Of a DNA stretch of 64,000 nt, positions 57,836 to 64,000 are shown in pieces. Made by a program: the position numbers and the translations under genes. Under the pieces are notes generated by a model. It was not told where the DNA came from. It worked only from the letters and a program-made list of their open reading frames with translations, and did no database searches. The stretch comes from the human T2T-CHM13v2.0 reference genome, Homo sapiens, in assembly GCF_009914755.1 (NCBI RefSeq), contig NC_060945.1, one strand, 5' to 3'. How positions within the stretch are numbered: position 1 is the first letter of the stretch; the number at the start of each line of letters is the position of its first letter.

Positions 57836-58648
57836 TGTATTCATTGTCTGGGGCTGCCATAACAACGTACCATACAGCCATCTCTTGGTTTCTGTGAAGG
57901 ATTGGTTTCAGGACCCTCACAGGACACCAGAATCAGAGGAAGCTCAAGTCCCTGATATAAAATGGCACAGTATTTGCATATAACCTGTGCACATCCTCCC
58001 ATATATTTTAAATTATCTCTAGATTACTTATAATACCTAACGCAATGTAACTGCTATGCAAATAGTTGTTATACTGTATTTTAATTTGTATTATTTTTTA
58101 TGGTTGTATTGTTATTTTTTATATTCTTTCAAATATATTCGACCTGTGGCTGGTTGAATGCACAGTTGTGGAAACTGTAGATGCCATGCTACAAATTGTG
58201 TGGCCTAAAACACAAAAACTTATTATCTGAAAACTCTGGAGGCTAGAAGTCTGAAATCAAGGTGCTTTCTTTGAGGCCTCTATGGGAGGAGGCTTTCTTA
58301 TCTCTCCTGCTTTCTTTGAGGGCCTGCTTCCTTTGAGGTCTCTACGGAGGATGCCTTCTTCTCTCTCCCAGTTTCTGGTGGCCTCGGACCTGCTGTGACC
58401 TGTGGCTGCATCACTTCAATCTCTGCCTCCATCTTCACACGGCTTTCTCCTTGTGTCTCTGTCTTCTCATGGCTGTCTTCTTATAGAGGCACCAGACATG
58501 CTGGATTAGGGCCCACCCTACTCCAGCATGACCTCACCCGAATTACATCTGCAGTGGCTCTATTTCCAAATAAGGTCACATTTGTCTGAGGTCCTGGAAA
58601 TTAGGACTTGAACATATCTTTTGGTGGGATACAATTCAACCCATGGCA
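57836..58648 (-). mobile_element. MLT1C-like LTR containing MER2 (Tigger MITE, ~57876-58180)
   Basis: MLT1 'tgtattcattgtctggggctgccataacaa..acaattcaacccatggca'; MER2 'ctcaagtccctgatataaaatggcacagtatttgcatataacct'. Confidence 0.8.
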
Positions 58649-59432
58649 GGTAGTATCAGGGCTTACCCTTAAATCTAAAAGCTGATGCTCAGGACTTATG
58701 CAGCATTTGGTGTTGATTTGGGATAATTTCTAGGAGTTGGGATACATGGGGGACTTTGGCCTGATCTCATAAACATTCAAGAAGGAAACAAGAAGAAATG
58801 AACGGAAACATCCTTTGCTTTCTGTTCCTCTGGGGGCAGACGGGGCAGGTTTGGTTGGTGAGAAATCTGGCATAAATCTTACAAGCAAATGTGCATGAGA
58901 AGGAGTCCTGTGGGACATTTTCTTGTGCGCATACACCTGGGAGATTTGATGAGCAGGGAATAGCTTATTTTTATGGATGACTTTCTGGTAACCAGATAGA
59001 AGATAGACACCCTGTGTCTCCTCTGCAATGTTTAGTTGCTTCTGTCAAAGACACAAAGTGACAGCTATGCTCCTGGATTCTGGAGAGAGATAAACAGGAC
59101 TTGGTCGCAAATGGCAATTCAAAATGGAGGAAGGCTCTTCCCAGCTGGGCAAGGAGCATCCACTCCACAGCACAGCCTTTGGTAGTCACCTGCATCCACT
59201 CCTACCACTGCCACTTTGTTGTCTACACTCCCTAGTGGCAAACACTTGTACCCTCCTTATCTCAGCAGTGTGATAGCCAGCCTCCAAGATGGCCCCTAGT
59301 AATTCTCACTTCCTTGCATTCACATCCTGTATAGTCCCCTCCCATATACACAGAGCTGACTTGTGTAACCAATAGGATATTTAAGGAATAATGGTATTGA
59401 CTTCAGAGGCTAGCTCATAAAAGTACTTCTGA

Positions 59433-59730
59433 TGGCCGGGCATGGTGGCTCACGCCTGTAATCCCAGCACTTTGGGAGACCAAGGCGGGTGGATTGCTTA
59501 AGCTCAGGAGTTTGAGACCAGCCTGGGCAACATGGTGAAACACCTTCTGTACTAAAACTACAAAAGTTAGTTGGGTGTGGTGGCATGCACCTGTGGTCCC
59601 AGCTACTTGGGAGGCTGAGACTTGAGCCCAGGAGGCAGAGGTTGCAGTGAGCCAAGATTGTGCCACTGCACTTTAGCCTGGGCGATAGAGTAAGACCCTG
59701 TCTCTCACATGCACACACACACACACACAC
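59433..59730 (+). mobile_element. AluJb-like with (CA)n tail
   Basis: Dimer ending 'gaccctgtctctcacatgcacacacacacac'. Confidence 0.85.
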
Positions 59731-59819
59731 AATTGTAAATGACATCCAAAAATCAAAAAGAACTTTGAGTGGTAGTTTCATTTTCATTGAGGGGAAAGTG
59801 CTTTTAAAGTATGTATACT

Positions 59820-60143
<324 letters not shown>

Positions 60144-60149
60144 TTAGGT

Positions 60150-60366
60150 CAATCGATGGCGTGATTTTACCTCCTAGGGAACATAAGGGTACGTTTGACC
60201 ATATCTGAAATATCTTTAGCTGTGACAAGGTGAGGGGGGTGCTGCTGGCCTCTGTTGGGTGGATGCCAGGGACGCTATTAAGCATTCTGCAAAGCACGGG
60301 ACAGCCCCCACAACAGAGAGTGGTCAGGTCCCAAATGTCAGTGGTGCCAAGGTTGAGAAACTCTGC
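60150..60366. mobile_element. MER20
   Basis: 'ggatgccagggacgctattaagcattctgcaaagcacgggacagccccca...aggttgagaaactctg'. Confidence 0.75.
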
Positions 60367-60720
60367 TTTAGAGACTAGCCCGACTCTGCCTGTGTGCCCA
60401 GGGAAGTGGGGTCAGAGTCTTTTTCCTTTTTCTCAGAACCGGTGTATGTGAGGTATGGGCAAGGTCAGTGGAACAGGAAAAAGTCATCGTAAAAGACACG
60501 CGGTAGTGAAATTTGAGGTCAGAAAGAATGCCGAAAACAGTGAGGAAGCAAACCAAAATTTGAGCTCAGAATTGCTACCTCTGTTGTCCTTGGAAAGTTG
60601 AAGGATATTAAACTCTGAAAATGAGTTACCCGAAAGAATTCCTCCAGCTTTCTAAATAAAGGAATTGCGCCTTTGCTCAGGCACCTTTGCAACCTTAATG
60701 AGCTACTGCTGTCTTACTTG

Positions 60721-60739
60721 AGAACACCAGAGGGCGCTC
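60721..60739 (+). promoter_or_regulatory. Candidate CTCF site
   Basis: AGAACACCAGAGGGCGCTC; one mismatch to core CCACCAGAGGGCGC, in a CpG-retaining unique patch. Confidence 0.5.
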
Positions 60740-61229
60740 AAGAGAGGAGGAGGCGACTGGCGACTATCAAGGTATTCTTGTATTTGTCTTTACACCGCCC
60801 TGGTCCCGAGGGTGAGAAGAAAGAAGACAGATTCAACTGTCTCTCTTTCATCTCAGCCCCTCATTAACCAACTTTGGTTCCTCTGCCATTCTTCTACTCA
60901 AAGAGCCTCGGCAAAACTTCCTGACACTGGAGCTAAATAAACCTTCGCCACGGGGAGACCGGCTCGCCGAAAGGGCTGAATCTTGGGTGTCTTTGTATTC
61001 TCAGCCCCTTGGTGCTTGAGAGGGAGATTTTGATTTGAAAACAAGCCCTGGAGAGGGATGCTAAGTGATCTCTCAAGGCAAGGCCTATGATTATTGCCTT
61101 TGGTAGTGAGTTTAGCGACACAATAATGGAAAGTTTGTTGGACCCCAAATCAGGCTCTAAGAAGTCTCAGTTTTGCCGTAACTACCTAATTAATGGGACT
61201 CAGATGCTCATCTGTAGACTTAGGTGGAC

Positions 61230-61669
61230 TGCATGGTAATTTCCTAGGGCTGTTGCAATGAAGCACTGCAAACTGGGTGGCTTCAGCAACAAAAATATAT
61301 TGTCTTGGTTCTAGAGGCTGGAAATCCAAGATCAAGGTGTCTGCGCAATTGGTTCCATCTGAAGTCGCTGTGGTAGAATCTCTTTCATTCCTGTCTCCCA
61401 ACTTCTGGTGGTTTGCTGGCAATCTTTGCCATTTCTTCACTTATAGATGCAACATCCCAATCTCTACCTTTATCTTCACGTGGCATTCTCCCTGTGTATG
61501 TGTCTGTCTGTTCAAATTTCCCCTTTTCATAAGGACAGCAGCCATATTGGATTTGTGCCAACCCTGATGACCTCATCTTAAGACCCTGTTTCCAAATAAG
61601 GTCACATTCACAGGTACTGAGGGTTGGGACTTCAACGTCTTTTGCAGGAACACAATTCAACCCATAACA
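61230..61669 (-). mobile_element. MLT1C-like LTR
   Basis: 'gttctagaggctggaaatccaagatcaaggtgtc...tttccaaataaggtcacattcacaggtactgaggg...acacaattcaacccataaca'. Confidence 0.8.
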
Positions 61670-62381
61670 AATGGCTTCTAAAGTCTCTCCTGGTTTCTTG
61701 ACATTACAGCTATGGAGTTTTGAGAACAGGACTTCCTCCACATGGTGCTAATGATGCATCCAGCCTACACCTCCCCGGAGGAAGGGGTAGTTGTTTTCAG
61801 CCAGAGAAAACTGATTCCAGCCTGGGCACTGGAAGGTTCAAGTTGATTGGTGACAATTCTTTCCGAGAGGCGGTTATCACTGCTTATTGCCACCCTCAGT
61901 GGTTTGGAATCACTTTGTTGCTGGTTGGAGTAAATGGAAAACATATTTAACTTAAAAAGTGAAACATACAATGCTATCATATTGCACAAGCAAACGTGGA
62001 GAGGGGCAGGGGGGCAACTACTGTTTCAAGATGATTTAAGAATTTGATCAAATGTCTGGCTGCACAACTGCGTGTTTTGAAAGCACCTCACAGATGGGTT
62101 CTATAATTGAGAAATGCATTTGTTCTTTGTTTGGTGCATTTAAATAATGTGATTCAAAGTTTGGAGTTGAATGCCTTTCTGAAATGACTTCCCTCCATCT
62201 CGCACACACACGGTAGTGTGTTTTCACAGAACGGCGTGCAGTGGGGAAAGGACTGCATGCTTTTGGAAAGATGTAGCGCACATCCATGAGAAAATATGTC
62301 AAAGAATTTGCAAACAGACACAGAAAAGTAATAACCAAAAATAAGCATCTGTGAAGCCTTGCTTTGTGTTTAGAAAAGATA

Positions 62382-62935
<554 letters not shown>

Positions 62936-63367
62936 ACAGAAAAAAATAGCCACAGAGAATTAAAGACATGGCATATTTTTAAGAGCGAAGCACCTCACAG
63001 AAACTGAGAACTCACAGGACTTAATAGGGCGAGGCATTTCAGTGTTCTGAGAACACCGTAGAGCAAACTTCTCCAGTAAGTATTCCTTCCTTAGCATTTC
63101 TGGAGTCCATAGTACTCGAAAAGCTTGATAGAATATTCAGTATCACTAGCTACCAGTGAAAATAAACAACTTACTTTAAAAAGGACGAAGTGAGCATTTC
63201 CAAGTGTCAGGTGATTAGAGCTTCCTAGTGTTCCCTGGAAAGTGGGGCATTTCCCAAAGCCCACTCGCTCTGATCCTGTCCTCTTGGATGGCTTTGGACA
63301 CTAGGACATCATATGGCTTTTCAACATTCCAGGATTCCTGACTTTGGGGGCAGAATCCTGCCCAGTG

Positions 63368-63703
<336 letters not shown>

Positions 63704-64000
63704 TGATGTTTTCTTTCTTGGAAGACCTAGATACAAAAAGGTGCTGAGGGTTTTTCTGGAATGGGGAACACATGGGTTCTGGTTTTCATATACCTTTGTG
63801 TGGTCTGAACAGGTTCCTCCAATCATAATATGCAAATATATATGATCCTAATGGGCTCTTCCCAAACCCTTTCCAGCTCCAAGACACAGAGCTTGATTAC
63901 CACTTGGTTACAGACTCACAGGAGGATACACAGAAAACTGAATGGACACTGCTGACTCTAATGATCTGCAGCGGAGGCTCTTAACCTCCAATGAGCCGTA

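Overview
Human (primate) non-coding DNA. A zero-divergence AluYa5 points to human specifically. I see no credible protein-coding gene, RNA gene or CpG island. The listed ORFs are short chance frames, Alu or low-complexity translations, or decayed transposon frames. Over half of the window is interspersed repeat: about 25 Alu/FLAM/FRAM copies, L1 and HAL1 fragments, MIRs, MaLR/ERVL/ERV1 LTRs and hAT/Tigger DNA elements. Four things stand out. (i) A ~10.3 kb, deeply nested, two-LTR ERV-L-class proviral fossil (23658-33965, minus strand) with a readable integrase; its 5' LTR is split by a ~540 bp AT-rich block and by an apparently end-to-end hAT-Blackjack transposon with readable transposase motifs. 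(ii) Several locally templated repair scars, including a 247 bp inverted copy with a fold-back junction at 62444-62690. (iii) A young, possibly polymorphic AluYa5. (iv) Candidate regulatory sites: two CTCF motifs, a repeat-free enhancer-like island, a MER41B GAS site and THE1 DUX4 sites. I found no evidence for a new protein-encoded system. Repeat subfamily names come from recalled consensus sequences, not from a RepeatMasker run.
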